Source: a virus
Taxonomy: Duplodnaviria; Caudoviricetes
Length of the DNA: 39,956 nt
Virus record (IMG/VR): IMGVR_UViG_3300028866_000012
Location: 1-39,956 of that record
Reading direction: 5' to 3' (one strand)
How positions within the stretch are numbered: position 1 is the first letter of the stretch; every line of letters starts with the position of its first letter. The notes under the pieces were generated by a model. That model ran no database searches. It was not told where the DNA came from and saw nothing but the letters and a program-made list of their open reading frames with translations. The position numbers and the translations under genes were made by a program. This document shows positions 24,901 through 33,113 of the stretch, piece by piece.

Positions 24901-26026
24901 TTCCGGGAAAGAGGTTTGTTACCTGCGACGCGCTCGTTATCGCGCCGATCTGGCCGTCACCAAAGCCAACGCCGTTCCCGACAAAGGTTGCTCCACCCGG
25001 CGTTTTGACGCTCCCGCTGCTGACGCTGAAATACCCCGCGGAGGACGCCTGCGAGAACAGGAAGCTGTTGATTGTGGTGTTCGTCCACACGGGGTTGCCG
25101 GACGAATCCGTGTCCTGATGCCCGCAGGTGGCACAAAGCGTGTAACGCATGGCGCTGGTGCCGGCCTGATTTGATGACGCGCTGGTGATTGCCGATGGGT
25201 ACGACGAGTTGCCGGCCAGGGCCGTCCACATCGGATTATTCCACTCGGACGCGAGGCTGTTGGTGTCATTGGTGCCGGAAAACCACCACACCGGCACGGT
25301 CTTCATCTGTGTGGACTGCGCCGTGGTGACGGTGCTGCCGCCACAGCCGTTGATTTGCAGCACGCCAGCTTCCGATGCGCCGGCCGCGAACACGCGGCCG
25401 AGGTCGCCGGTGTAGGCGTTGTAGTGCTGCATGAAGTACTCGGCGCCGATGCCGCCGAGGCTGAACCCGTTGATGTAGATGCGCGTGGTGTCGATCGAGT
25501 ATTGCGTTTCGAGGTAATTGATCATCGCCAGCACGGCGAACGTGTTTGGCCCGGTGTCGCCCGAATAAACCGTCCCGCTGCCGGTGACGCCACTGTTGCA
25601 CCACCCGCCCCAGTTCTCGACCGCGCCCCCCGAAGTGTCGGTTGTCTGATCCGCGTATGGCACCGCGATAAAGGCCGGATAGGCTGTCAGGAAGGGAACG
25701 GCGTTGTAGTTCTGGGCCTCATAGCCAGACCCCGTCGCATACAGCGCGTTGGTGTTCGATCCGTTGTACCAGGCGTTGCCCTCAGCTTGCGGGTGCAGCC
25801 AGATATAGAGCGGGTATTTGTACGTCGTGCCGCTGTACTGGGCCGGCGGCAGAACGTTAAAATGAAACGGCTTGCCGGACGCGAGCGTGATCCCGGCAAA
25901 GCTCTGATCGAAGGAGGTCCACGTTTGCGTTGTGACGGTGCCGGTCAGCGGCGCCGGCACAGGCGGCAACGCAACGGCCTGAAACGATATGAAAATGAAG
26001 ATGAGTGCGAGGAGGCGCCTGATCAC
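21842..26026 (-). CDS. Secreted multidomain carbohydrate-active enzyme: alpha/beta-hydrolase esterase + GH5-like + Ig-like linker + GH26-like + SPRY/ConA domain
   Basis: GTGA-coupled start MIRRLLALIFIFISFQAVA|L. Esterase: YPLYIWLH, RIYINGFSLGG, SGTND, GH. GH5: NNEP, LHYY, FIGEYG, W.W. GH26: YRSLIESNGNWFW, YPG..YADIVGWDIY, KPMLYAEFG. SPRY: WNP.D....TLSNNNLTAT...GKVCYEV. Confidence 0.85.
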   Translation of the reverse strand: MIRRLLALIFIFISFQAVALPPVPAPLTGTVTTQTWTSFDQSFAGITLASGKPFHFNVLPPAQYSGTTYKYPLYIWLHPQAEGNAWYNGSNTNALYATGSGYEAQNYNAVPFLTAYPAFIAVPYADQTTDTSGGAVENWGGWCNSGVTGSGTVYSGDTGPNTFAVLAMINYLETQYSIDTTRIYINGFSLGGIGAEYFMQHYNAYTGDLGRVFAAGASEAGVLQINGCGGSTVTTAQSTQMKTVPVWWFSGTNDTNSLASEWNNPMWTALAGNSSYPSAITSASSNQAGTSAMRYTLCATCGHQDTDSSGNPVWTNTTINSFLFSQASSAGYFSVSSGSVKTPGGATFVGNGVGFGDGQIGAITSASQVTNLFPGTKIVEVYAFSYAAPSTYSAFVNTMTQAGIVVLFGNGQNFFTDGTSAGNVGGGCGDIFTGSILTTESNWYASMAAYYINNPYVWFTTNNEPSFVTGTTSDSCSTQGGTISLPGLATWEQATYNAIRGTGNNTIVMLEEPSGGDPGTVGAYTQTAYQTYGLPMTPSVFSTMKGVVWNLHYYGFASGYSTTQATVNDFLLGSAYDSPSCCSSPTQYQATGILAAQTIPSADGVMPVFIGEYGNSTNGTTIDANGQNVVTAVGTYANGSNAFGSIAWVWNSSYTCCDSLTVNGTSVMSPYGTSVASLIAAPTIGGETITVGTIAQQKSNMSFTVGGTISGVTTIPTLQYSVNGGAWTALPNGSPVTTSSFMFTVPGQATSTANTVAVRDANNTGIATTSNSFAVVTSSSGPSGINSVTNLIKYLNSLAGNHILSGQFTENNGSSPPSPYGYASFPLIQNITGQYPAMLGCDAAQGTTVVNYCESYAIPYWNAGGLLIMNFWPNNPADNGSALWGSDQSVPAGGWGDVVQAGTTANTNFNAELNALAMMLQDYQNAGIILMYRSLIESNGNWFWFGTGSCCGGGGSGITAAQNIAIFQYMHDYLVKTKGLTNLAFIFSPNACRGGTCDSSLYPGAAYADIVGWDIYSDNPGNDSQGDYNTMSTYGKPMLYAEFGSNLGGNTGGGDVSFLESTLISQIQTYTPNVVGWQQWWSGNNPPAVGWGMELLTNTTDTKTAINNSVVINRGQIICSICGGGGGGGSTVVSWNPGDTSPSITLSNNNLTATGTGSAIGGTRATLSQSTGKVCYEVMASVVTVDESLGLANASEVLAGSFTPGRDNNAVAFYPSGGTPQSVFFNGVTLLSGTVAAAANGDYITLCADLGADLLWITTPETRAAGRTWNNSSTANPGTGTGGLSFSGLTCPCFPYFGTQDLTTTVTLNAAGPFAIATPSGFAAWQPPTACSYHPALFILGEKDDEPSAEDDNSWYIHNVSFGGDDGEPHGLAGKLGKISRWGRESQGNGCSGS

Positions 26027-28029
26027 AGTGCGCTCCTGACGTAATTCACCTGCACCGCCGCCGAGCTGGGCGAGCCGGTAATCGCCGAGGTGACGACCGA
26101 AACCGGGTTGCCGCTGACGATGGTGTTCGAGCCACATGTCGTCGTCATGGCGGTCCCGCTGCTGACAGTGATGCCGTTGCAGGTTGTGACATTCGCCCCG
26201 TTCACCTGGATTGCGATGTTGAACGCCGGTGAATTCGTCCCGCTTGTGAGGTAAGTCACACTCACGATCGAGCCCGTCCCCCAAGGCCAGGCCAGCGTCA
26301 GATAGTACGTGTTCGCCGAAACCACGGTGTTGCTGTCCCAGTTCAGGGTGCCAACACCTTTCTCATTCCCGATCGATACCTGGCTGCCGACAAGAACCAG
26401 TGGAAGGCTGACGGTAAAGGCGCCACCGCCGGAAACCGTCAGGCAGTTCGCGCACGTGATCAGGCCGGCACCGCTGACGGCCACCGGCGCGGTCGCGGTC
26501 AGCGCGCCGCCGCCCGATGTCGTGACGCACGTAGCGCACGTGATGAGGCCCGCGGCACTGATCGCGGCGGGGGAGGTCGCAGTCAGCAACCCGCCGTTGG
26601 TCGTCAGCGCACATGTCGGGCAGGTGATCGTGCCCGTGGTGGTAATGGTGCCGCCGCTGATCGGGCTTGTCGTCGCAATGCTGCTGACCGAGCCCGTAGC
26701 CGTGCCAAACGGACCAACCGTGGTGCCGTTGATGCGCGCATACACGCCAACCGTCGTGGTCCACACATCACCATTGGTCGGGCTGGTTGGCGCGGCGCCC
26801 GCCGGCAGATTGAGGCCGGCTTGCGTCGTGGTGCTGGCGGCGGTGACCAGCTTGCCGGAACCTGTGAGGCCAACATAGGTGCCGGTGCCGGTGATCGCGG
26901 GGTTGCTGATCGTCTCGGTGGGCAGCGTCAGACCGGACGGCAACGTTGTTGCTTCCGAAGGGACGCCCGAGCCGCTGGTGACCAGCACGGCGTTGTTGAC
27001 AACAGCCAGGCCGGTGACCGTGGTGCCGGACGCCGCATAGTAGGTAATGCTGTTGGCTGAGTTGGACGTGACCGTGCCGCTGCCGCCACCGCCGCTGCTG
27101 CACGCCGAGCCGCTGTCGACGAAGGCGCCGCCGCTGTTGATCTGCACACAGTCGCCGTTGGTGAACGCGCCGTTAGCAGTCGCCAGCTTCGAGCCGTTGC
27201 CCTGATTGGTCGTGGAGCCGCCGAGATAGATAGCCTGCCCGCCAATGGTGATCTGGGTCGTCGGGATCAGCGGCATGGCCTGCCACGATCCGGCGTTGTT
27301 CACGATGTAAAGGCAGCCCGTTCCCGTGCCGCTGCCCTGGCTGCCGTTCAGGCAGTTGCTGACAAAACCGAGCTGGCCTGAGTTTGAACTTGTAACGGTC
27401 GGCAAATTGCTCGACGCAGCGTAGTTGTTAACGGTGCCGATGAACGGCCCGATGGTCAGGCCGCCGGGAAGCGTGGTCGAGATCGAGGGCACCCCGGCGT
27501 TGCTGGTGACCAGCACGCCGCTGTTGGCCGTGGCGAGGCCGCTGACCACGTTGCCGTTAGCGGAATAGTAGGCGAGGTTATTGGCGGTGGACGTGTTGGC
27601 GCCGCCGCCGGTGCCGAACGGGCCGACCGTGGCGCCGTTGATGCGCGCGAACAGCCCCGTAGAGGTGGTCCAGAGGTCACCGTTCACCGGCGATGACGGC
27701 GCAACGCCCTGCGCCAGATTGATATAAGCGCTGCCCGTGGTTGAGGCGGGGATCGAAAGCTTGCCGGCAAGGTTGACCACACCCAGCGACGATGCGCCGG
27801 TGACCGACAGCGTGGCAGCCGTCAGATTGTTGAACACGCCGACACCTTGGACTGTCGAGACGGGCGTCTGGACGGAATTGCCATTCTGCACGAGGTAAAG
27901 CGTTTCGGCGCCCGACAGCGGCAGATTGGCCGCCGGCAGTTGTGTTGCCTGCTGCGCCAGGGCGATGCGTGGCGCAAAGCCTGCCGCGAGCAGGGCGCAG
28001 AATAGCCAGGAAAGCCTGCGGTTCATCAC
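26023..28029 (-). CDS. Secreted fibre-like repeat protein (668 aa)
   Basis: MMNRRLSWLFCALLAAGFAPRIALA|Q; duplicated NGD.WTT..G..ARING.TVGPFGT blocks; three ITC..C repeats; beta-rich C-terminal head. Confidence 0.8.
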   Translation of the reverse strand: MMNRRLSWLFCALLAAGFAPRIALAQQATQLPAANLPLSGAETLYLVQNGNSVQTPVSTVQGVGVFNNLTAATLSVTGASSLGVVNLAGKLSIPASTTGSAYINLAQGVAPSSPVNGDLWTTSTGLFARINGATVGPFGTGGGANTSTANNLAYYSANGNVVSGLATANSGVLVTSNAGVPSISTTLPGGLTIGPFIGTVNNYAASSNLPTVTSSNSGQLGFVSNCLNGSQGSGTGTGCLYIVNNAGSWQAMPLIPTTQITIGGQAIYLGGSTTNQGNGSKLATANGAFTNGDCVQINSGGAFVDSGSACSSGGGGSGTVTSNSANSITYYAASGTTVTGLAVVNNAVLVTSGSGVPSEATTLPSGLTLPTETISNPAITGTGTYVGLTGSGKLVTAASTTTQAGLNLPAGAAPTSPTNGDVWTTTVGVYARINGTTVGPFGTATGSVSSIATTSPISGGTITTTGTITCPTCALTTNGGLLTATSPAAISAAGLITCATCVTTSGGGALTATAPVAVSGAGLITCANCLTVSGGGAFTVSLPLVLVGSQVSIGNEKGVGTLNWDSNTVVSANTYYLTLAWPWGTGSIVSVTYLTSGTNSPAFNIAIQVNGANVTTCNGITVSSGTAMTTTCGSNTIVSGNPVSVVTSAITGSPSSAAVQVNYVRSAL

Positions 28030-29762
28030 TGGAAGCCCTCGCCGGAAAACGGGTGGGTAGAGTCCGACGAGATGACCGACACCGCGCCAGTGCTCGGCGC
28101 CAGCGCGTAAGTGACCCCCGGCGATATGCAGGTTGTGCTGCCGGATGAGGTTGTGCCAGTCGCGGTGCCGATTTCGTTAATGCAAAGATTGATCGTGGCC
28201 GTTGTCGGGTTACTGATCCAGCCGCCGGCCGTCCGGTGCCCGGCAGTCAGGGCGGTGACGGCAGTGCCGCCGGTGGTGACCGTCGCCACATCAAGCGCCA
28301 CCAGGGTAACCGAGCCGTAATTGGTGCGCAGATTGCCATGCACATCCACCTGCAAGGCGGTCTGCTGGCCCGTCGTCGGCGCCGGTTGTGTCGAGTTGTA
28401 CACGCCGCCGGCCAGCAGGGAATTGCTCGCCGCGGTGCCGGCGGCAACGGTGCCGGTGACTGCTGTCTGGTTCGCCGCGGTGGCCGCACCCGTGGGCAGG
28501 GAGATCGTGCCGCTGACGTTGGTTACATTCCACGTGCCGGACTGAGTGACCCCGCCGATGACGTTGCTGCCGGCCGGGACCGCGGTTTCGAGGTTGACCT
28601 TGAGGTACTTCGAGGCGTCCACCTGTAGCTGGTCCCAGGTGGTGCCGTTGAAGCCGTAAGCCCAGACAACCGAGGCGCCGTTGCTCGATGATGTCGCCAC
28701 GCCGGATGTGGCGTTCGAGGTCGTGCCGCCCGAGCAGCCAACGATGCAGTTGACATCCAGATTGTGCGAGCCGTCCGCCGCGATATAGACCAGGTTGCCG
28801 CCGTTCGAGCCGCCCATGGCAAAGCCCGACGTTGGGAACGTGGTAGCGAATGTTGAGGTAATCCCGGCAACCACGTTGGTCTTGAGATTGCCGCTGGCAT
28901 CAACCTGCAACGCGGCCTGCTGGCCGTTGGTCAGAGTGGGCGCTGACGAATTGTAGGCGGCGCCGGCGAGCTGCGACATGAGCGCTACCGTGCCGCCCAT
29001 CACCGATCCCTGAACGGCTGCCTGATTGGCCGAAGTCGCGGCCCCCACGGGCAGAGAGACAATCCAGGTTCCCGACTGCGTCACCGCGCCGATGACGTTT
29101 GCCCCGACAGGAAGCGCTGTCTGGAGATTGACATCGAGGTTATGCGAGGCGTCGGCGCCGATGTAGACCATGTTGCCGCCGTTGGAGCCGCCGATCGCGG
29201 TGCCGGTCAGCGGGAAAGTCGCGCCGAACGCGGACGATGATCCGCCACCGCCGCCACTGCCCCCGGCAATGATGTTCACCTTGAGGTTTCCGGACGAATC
29301 AAGCTGAAGGGCGGTTTGTTGCCCGTTGGTCAGGACGGGGGCCACGAGGTTGTAAATGCCGCCCTGATACATGGACACCGCGGCGCCATTGGGCAGCGGA
29401 ACGGCCCCGCTGATGTTGACGGACCACGGCGCTCCGGACTGGGTGACGGAGCCGATGACGTTGCCCCCGGCAGGCAGGGCGGTTTTCAGCGTGACGTTGA
29501 GATCGTTGAACGCATCAGCACCAATGGGCACCATGTTGCCCCCGGCCGTCGCGCCGATCGCCAGTCCCGTTGTCGGGAAGGTGGCATTGAAGTTGGAGCC
29601 CGAAACCCCGCCGCCGGTGCCGACATTGGTGTAAAGATAACCCAGGCAGGTGTTCCACATGGCCGCGGTCCACACCTGTCCCCCGGTCACCGGCAGAGCG
29701 CACTGAGCGTGCGCGGCGATCGGCGATAGCAACAGAATAACCGCACAGAGCGCGCCGCGCAT
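28026..29762 (-). CDS. Secreted fibre-like repeat protein (578 aa)
   Basis: MRGALCAVILLLSPIAAHA|Q; three long repeats containing TFP..G.A.G...GGN.V, G.NVIG.VTQSG and GQQ.ALQ.D..GNL. Confidence 0.8.
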   Translation of the reverse strand: MRGALCAVILLLSPIAAHAQCALPVTGGQVWTAAMWNTCLGYLYTNVGTGGGVSGSNFNATFPTTGLAIGATAGGNMVPIGADAFNDLNVTLKTALPAGGNVIGSVTQSGAPWSVNISGAVPLPNGAAVSMYQGGIYNLVAPVLTNGQQTALQLDSSGNLKVNIIAGGSGGGGGSSSAFGATFPLTGTAIGGSNGGNMVYIGADASHNLDVNLQTALPVGANVIGAVTQSGTWIVSLPVGAATSANQAAVQGSVMGGTVALMSQLAGAAYNSSAPTLTNGQQAALQVDASGNLKTNVVAGITSTFATTFPTSGFAMGGSNGGNLVYIAADGSHNLDVNCIVGCSGGTTSNATSGVATSSSNGASVVWAYGFNGTTWDQLQVDASKYLKVNLETAVPAGSNVIGGVTQSGTWNVTNVSGTISLPTGAATAANQTAVTGTVAAGTAASNSLLAGGVYNSTQPAPTTGQQTALQVDVHGNLRTNYGSVTLVALDVATVTTGGTAVTALTAGHRTAGGWISNPTTATINLCINEIGTATGTTSSGSTTCISPGVTYALAPSTGAVSVISSDSTHPFSGEGFQ

Positions 29763-29908
29763 CAGAACCTCCCGCTTCCGAATGCACTGACGCCGAAGAC
29801 AAACCCGGCGTAGACAAACGTGTTGTTCGTTAGAAGGGGGTAATAAATTACCGCCAGCGCCGGGGTTGCCGCCATGACGACGATCAGGAACACAACGACT
29901 TTGCGCAT
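29762..29908 (-). CDS. Small signal-peptide ORF (48 aa), not in the ORF track
   Basis: MRKVVVFLIVVMAATPALA|VIYYPLLTNNTFVYAGFVFGVSAFGSGRF, with TGATG overlaps at both ends. Confidence 0.75.
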   Translation of the reverse strand: MRKVVVFLIVVMAATPALAVIYYPLLTNNTFVYAGFVFGVSAFGSGRF

Positions 29909-30564
29909 CAGAAGACCCCCTGTAAAAGCACCGGGCAGCCGGTGTTTTCCGTCATCAGGGCTTCCTGATACGGCGCGAGATCATTCCACTGAATAGTCGC
30001 CGAGCTGCCCAGGAGCGAGAGCGGGACGCCAACGAACATCAGCGATGCGCCGTTGACGTACTGAACATCGAGAAACTGCGTCTCGGAATCATAAACCGCC
30101 TGATAGATGTTGAAGGCCGGATTCATGATCCCCACCAGAATCGTGTGTTTCTGGTCAGAAATCAGCGCACAGGGGAACTTGACCATCGGCGCCACGGTGA
30201 CCCGGACGTTGCCCGTCGTCAGCAGCGGCTTGCCATTCTGCAACAGAATTGGGCAGTTACTCTTTTCCTGAACAAGCGCTTCCGGATAGGCCCGCAGAGT
30301 AACCCACGGCATGTACTGATGGCCGACAACCAGCGCCCGCGGAACGCCAACAAAGTAGTGCGCGCGGTTGCCAGGTCCAACCGGCTGGAAAGTAAGCCCC
30401 CCGGTTGTCGGATCGTAAAACCCCTGCCCCGCCGAGGGGGCGCCCGTAACCGACACAGACAGGTTCTCGATGTTGTTCGAGACGGTGGGGCATGCCGTGT
30501 CACCCCACGCCGCCTTGCAGGTGGCGATGGAAAGCAGGCAAATCAGGAGCCGGATTACGATCAT
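29908..30564 (-). CDS. Secreted protein with two KTSC-like repeats
   Basis: ATGA-coupled MIVIRLLICLLSIATCKAAWG|D. YDPTTGGLTF...YFVGVP and IYQAVYDSETQFLDVQYVNGASLMFVGVP resemble KTSC (vgYD.....LeveF..G..Y.Y.gVP). Each repeat ends Y.EAL..E...CP.LLQ. Confidence 0.6.
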   Translation of the reverse strand: MIVIRLLICLLSIATCKAAWGDTACPTVSNNIENLSVSVTGAPSAGQGFYDPTTGGLTFQPVGPGNRAHYFVGVPRALVVGHQYMPWVTLRAYPEALVQEKSNCPILLQNGKPLLTTGNVRVTVAPMVKFPCALISDQKHTILVGIMNPAFNIYQAVYDSETQFLDVQYVNGASLMFVGVPLSLLGSSATIQWNDLAPYQEALMTENTGCPVLLQGVF

Positions 30565-33110
30565 CCCCACACGCTCGCTACATCCCGGTAAGACAAGGAT
30601 ATTTCACTTAGAACAAAATCCTTTGAATAGCTCTTTATCGTTACCCCAATAGCAGTTCCGGCCACGCCCGGCATCGGCCCGCCCCACAGCGGCGCGGTGT
30701 AGTTCGGCGCGGCATACGCAGGCTGAACGGGCAGCGGATAAGCCTGATGCGGAAGATTCTGCGGCTCCAGCCCGGCCTGCTGGGCAATGCCCTCGGCCTC
30801 GGCGGTGATGGCAAGCTCGATGCCGGACTGATCGGCCGATTTGTCGGTTGACCGCACATAAACGGTCATCGGTTCCTTAACGATATAAGACCTGTCGGAA
30901 CCTATCATTTTCGTGGCGATCGTGGCCGCAAGCGCCGCCGATGGCGTCTGGAACAGCGGATAAAGCCCGGTTCCGTCCGTGCCCCACGCCGTCATCACCG
31001 ATGATATTTCCTGTGTGGCAACAAACGTAAACTCGCTTGTCTGCGAACAGATCAGCCAGTTCGCCTCGTCCCATCCGATCAGCACCGTGCGCGGTGAGCC
31101 GCTAAGCGGGTCTATGATGGTGATGTTCAGCAGGTAGACCGGAATTGTGTAGAGACTGGCAACCGCGGCACTCGGCGTGACGCCGCCCGCCGCGGGAGCA
31201 ACGAAATTGTCAAAGAGGTTGTCCATTTTCTTGGATACCTTTTTGACCGTCCCGGCGTAGAGGCCGCAGATGCCATTGCCGTTGGCGAACAGGACAGACT
31301 GCCCGTAGTCCTGCACGCTGTCGCGCCACGTGCAGCCTATTTGCGCATTGATGTTCTGATAGTTGAACGTCGTGGCTGTCGGCGTGCCGGCGGTCTGCAC
31401 ATTCGAGATCACGTCCGACGATGAATCGGCCAGTGTGTAGAAGAACCCGTTGAGCTGATGCACCGCAACATATTGCTGACGCAGGAAACGGTCGCTGCTG
31501 GTGTAGAGCAGGCCACCGGCCGAGGTGGCGAAGTTGGTGAGCGACGAAGGCGCTGAGACGTTGAACACGCCGCCGTTGTAAATCGGGCCGAACCCGGCCG
31601 GGTTGCTGATCCAGACACGCGACTGGAATGTTTCGATCGACGTGCCGCTGACACCGAACGGCATGATGCTGATCGACGCGACCGCCGCCATGTTCAGTCC
31701 GCCCGACACTTGAACGGTAGGCGGCGATGTGTAGCCGCTGCCGGCTTGCGTCATGGTGATGGACGAAATGGCGCCGCCAATGACAACCGCCGTGCCGGCG
31801 GCCCCCGTGCCGCCGCCGCCTGCAAAGGTGATGCCGGGCGTGCCGGTGAACCCAGAGCCGCCATTGATCACATTGACGCTGGTTACCGATGCGACGGTAA
31901 GCACCGCCACGGCCGAAGCGCCCGTGCCGCCGCCCCCCGACATGGAAACGCTCGGCGTCGAGCTGTAGCCGGCTCCGGGGGCGGTGACGGTAATCGTGGT
32001 TACCACCGTGCCAGTGAGCACGGCAACCGCGTGAGCACCCGTGCCGCCGCCGCCTGATATCGTGACCGTCGGCGCACTGGTGTAGCCGGAACCGCCCGAC
32101 ACCACCTGAATGTCGCTGATGCCGCTGATCGCCAGCACCGCCGATGCGGCGGCCCCCGTGCCGCCGCCGCCTGTCAGCGTGATCGTCGGCGGGGATGTGT
32201 AGCCAGTGCCCGGCACATTGACGGTGATCGAGGACACCGCATCCATGGTGAGGGCGGCGATGCCGCCCGCCGTCACGCCGCTGTCAGGGGCCGAGAAAAC
32301 AACGGTCGGCGCACTGGTGTAGCCGGAACCGCCGGCATCGATGACCGCAGCCTCAACGCCGGATGTGGTCAGAACCGCTTGCAGAACGGCGCCGTTGTCA
32401 GTGCCGCCACCGGAAAACGCGGCCTCCACGACATCGTCCGGGTTGTAGCCGGTGCCGGCGTTGGTGATCGTCAAAGCGACAACCGAACCGTCCTGAATCG
32501 TCGCGGTGGCCGTCGCACCCGTCCCGGCCCCGCCGTAGAACGTCACCGTCGGCGCGCTGGTGTAACCAGAACCGCCGGCGGTTATATCGCCGATCACGTA
32601 GGGGCCGAGAGAGCCGGCTGAATACAGTAAAGTGCCGTCCCATATCCAGTAATTGTTCTGGCTTATATTGTTGGATATTAGAAGATACTGTGAACCGGAC
32701 TGGCAGCACACCGGCAACTGCCCGCCGTCGTAGAATGTGCCGGCCGCGGCGCTGATGGTCGTGACCACCCCGCTCGGGAATGAGACATCGTAGGCCGTGC
32801 CGTCCGACAGGAAGACGGCGCAGTTCGTCATGTTGTTGATGTTGAAGAACGAGAAGTAGATGATGGTTTTCCCGCCCGTGGCGGAATACAGCGCCGGCCC
32901 CTTGTCGTAGAGGGTGCGCAGACTTCCCTTGCCGGTGAGCAGGAAGTTTTCGAGCCAGTAGGCTTCGTTGTCTTCCAGCGCCGTCCGCGCGTCGGACTGG
33001 TTCATGCTGCCGAATGGTGCGGCTGACCAGAACTTCGTGTTGCCGGGAACGCCTAAGCGCTGCTCCTCAGCCTGGCTGAGCTTGGTGATGCCGTCGCGGT
33101 TGCCGGACAT
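30561..33110 (-). CDS. Tail nozzle / head-stabilisation protein (P22 gp10 / T7 gp12 positional equivalent) with inserted GSGYTSAPTV repeats
   Basis: 849 aa, beta-rich, immediately after the adaptor. N-terminal PFGSMN...WLENF; the centre holds about eight G.GY/F..P repeats. Confidence 0.6.
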   Translation of the reverse strand: MSGNRDGITKLSQAEEQRLGVPGNTKFWSAAPFGSMNQSDARTALEDNEAYWLENFLLTGKGSLRTLYDKGPALYSATGGKTIIYFSFFNINNMTNCAVFLSDGTAYDVSFPSGVVTTISAAAGTFYDGGQLPVCCQSGSQYLLISNNISQNNYWIWDGTLLYSAGSLGPYVIGDITAGGSGYTSAPTVTFYGGAGTGATATATIQDGSVVALTITNAGTGYNPDDVVEAAFSGGGTDNGAVLQAVLTTSGVEAAVIDAGGSGYTSAPTVVFSAPDSGVTAGGIAALTMDAVSSITVNVPGTGYTSPPTITLTGGGGTGAAASAVLAISGISDIQVVSGGSGYTSAPTVTISGGGGTGAHAVAVLTGTVVTTITVTAPGAGYSSTPSVSMSGGGGTGASAVAVLTVASVTSVNVINGGSGFTGTPGITFAGGGGTGAAGTAVVIGGAISSITMTQAGSGYTSPPTVQVSGGLNMAAVASISIMPFGVSGTSIETFQSRVWISNPAGFGPIYNGGVFNVSAPSSLTNFATSAGGLLYTSSDRFLRQQYVAVHQLNGFFYTLADSSSDVISNVQTAGTPTATTFNYQNINAQIGCTWRDSVQDYGQSVLFANGNGICGLYAGTVKKVSKKMDNLFDNFVAPAAGGVTPSAAVASLYTIPVYLLNITIIDPLSGSPRTVLIGWDEANWLICSQTSEFTFVATQEISSVMTAWGTDGTGLYPLFQTPSAALAATIATKMIGSDRSYIVKEPMTVYVRSTDKSADQSGIELAITAEAEGIAQQAGLEPQNLPHQAYPLPVQPAYAAPNYTAPLWGGPMPGVAGTAIGVTIKSYSKDFVLSEISLSYRDVASVWG
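32068..32333. repeat. 29-bp identical coding direct repeat
   Basis: GTCGGCGCACTGGTGTAGCCGGAACCGCC at 32068-32096 and 32305-32333, encoding GGSGYTSAPT. Confidence 0.85.
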
Positions 33111-33113
33111 TGG

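Noticed and set aside
26027-26284. ORF-track N-terminal extension of the 1480-aa ORF (similar extensions at 12586-12729, 10459-10536, 1963-2133 and 37553-37678)
   Set aside because: The extensions overlap neighbouring genes or promoter regions. Downstream starts give stop-start coupling or an RBS and, for the secreted proteins, expose clean signal peptides.
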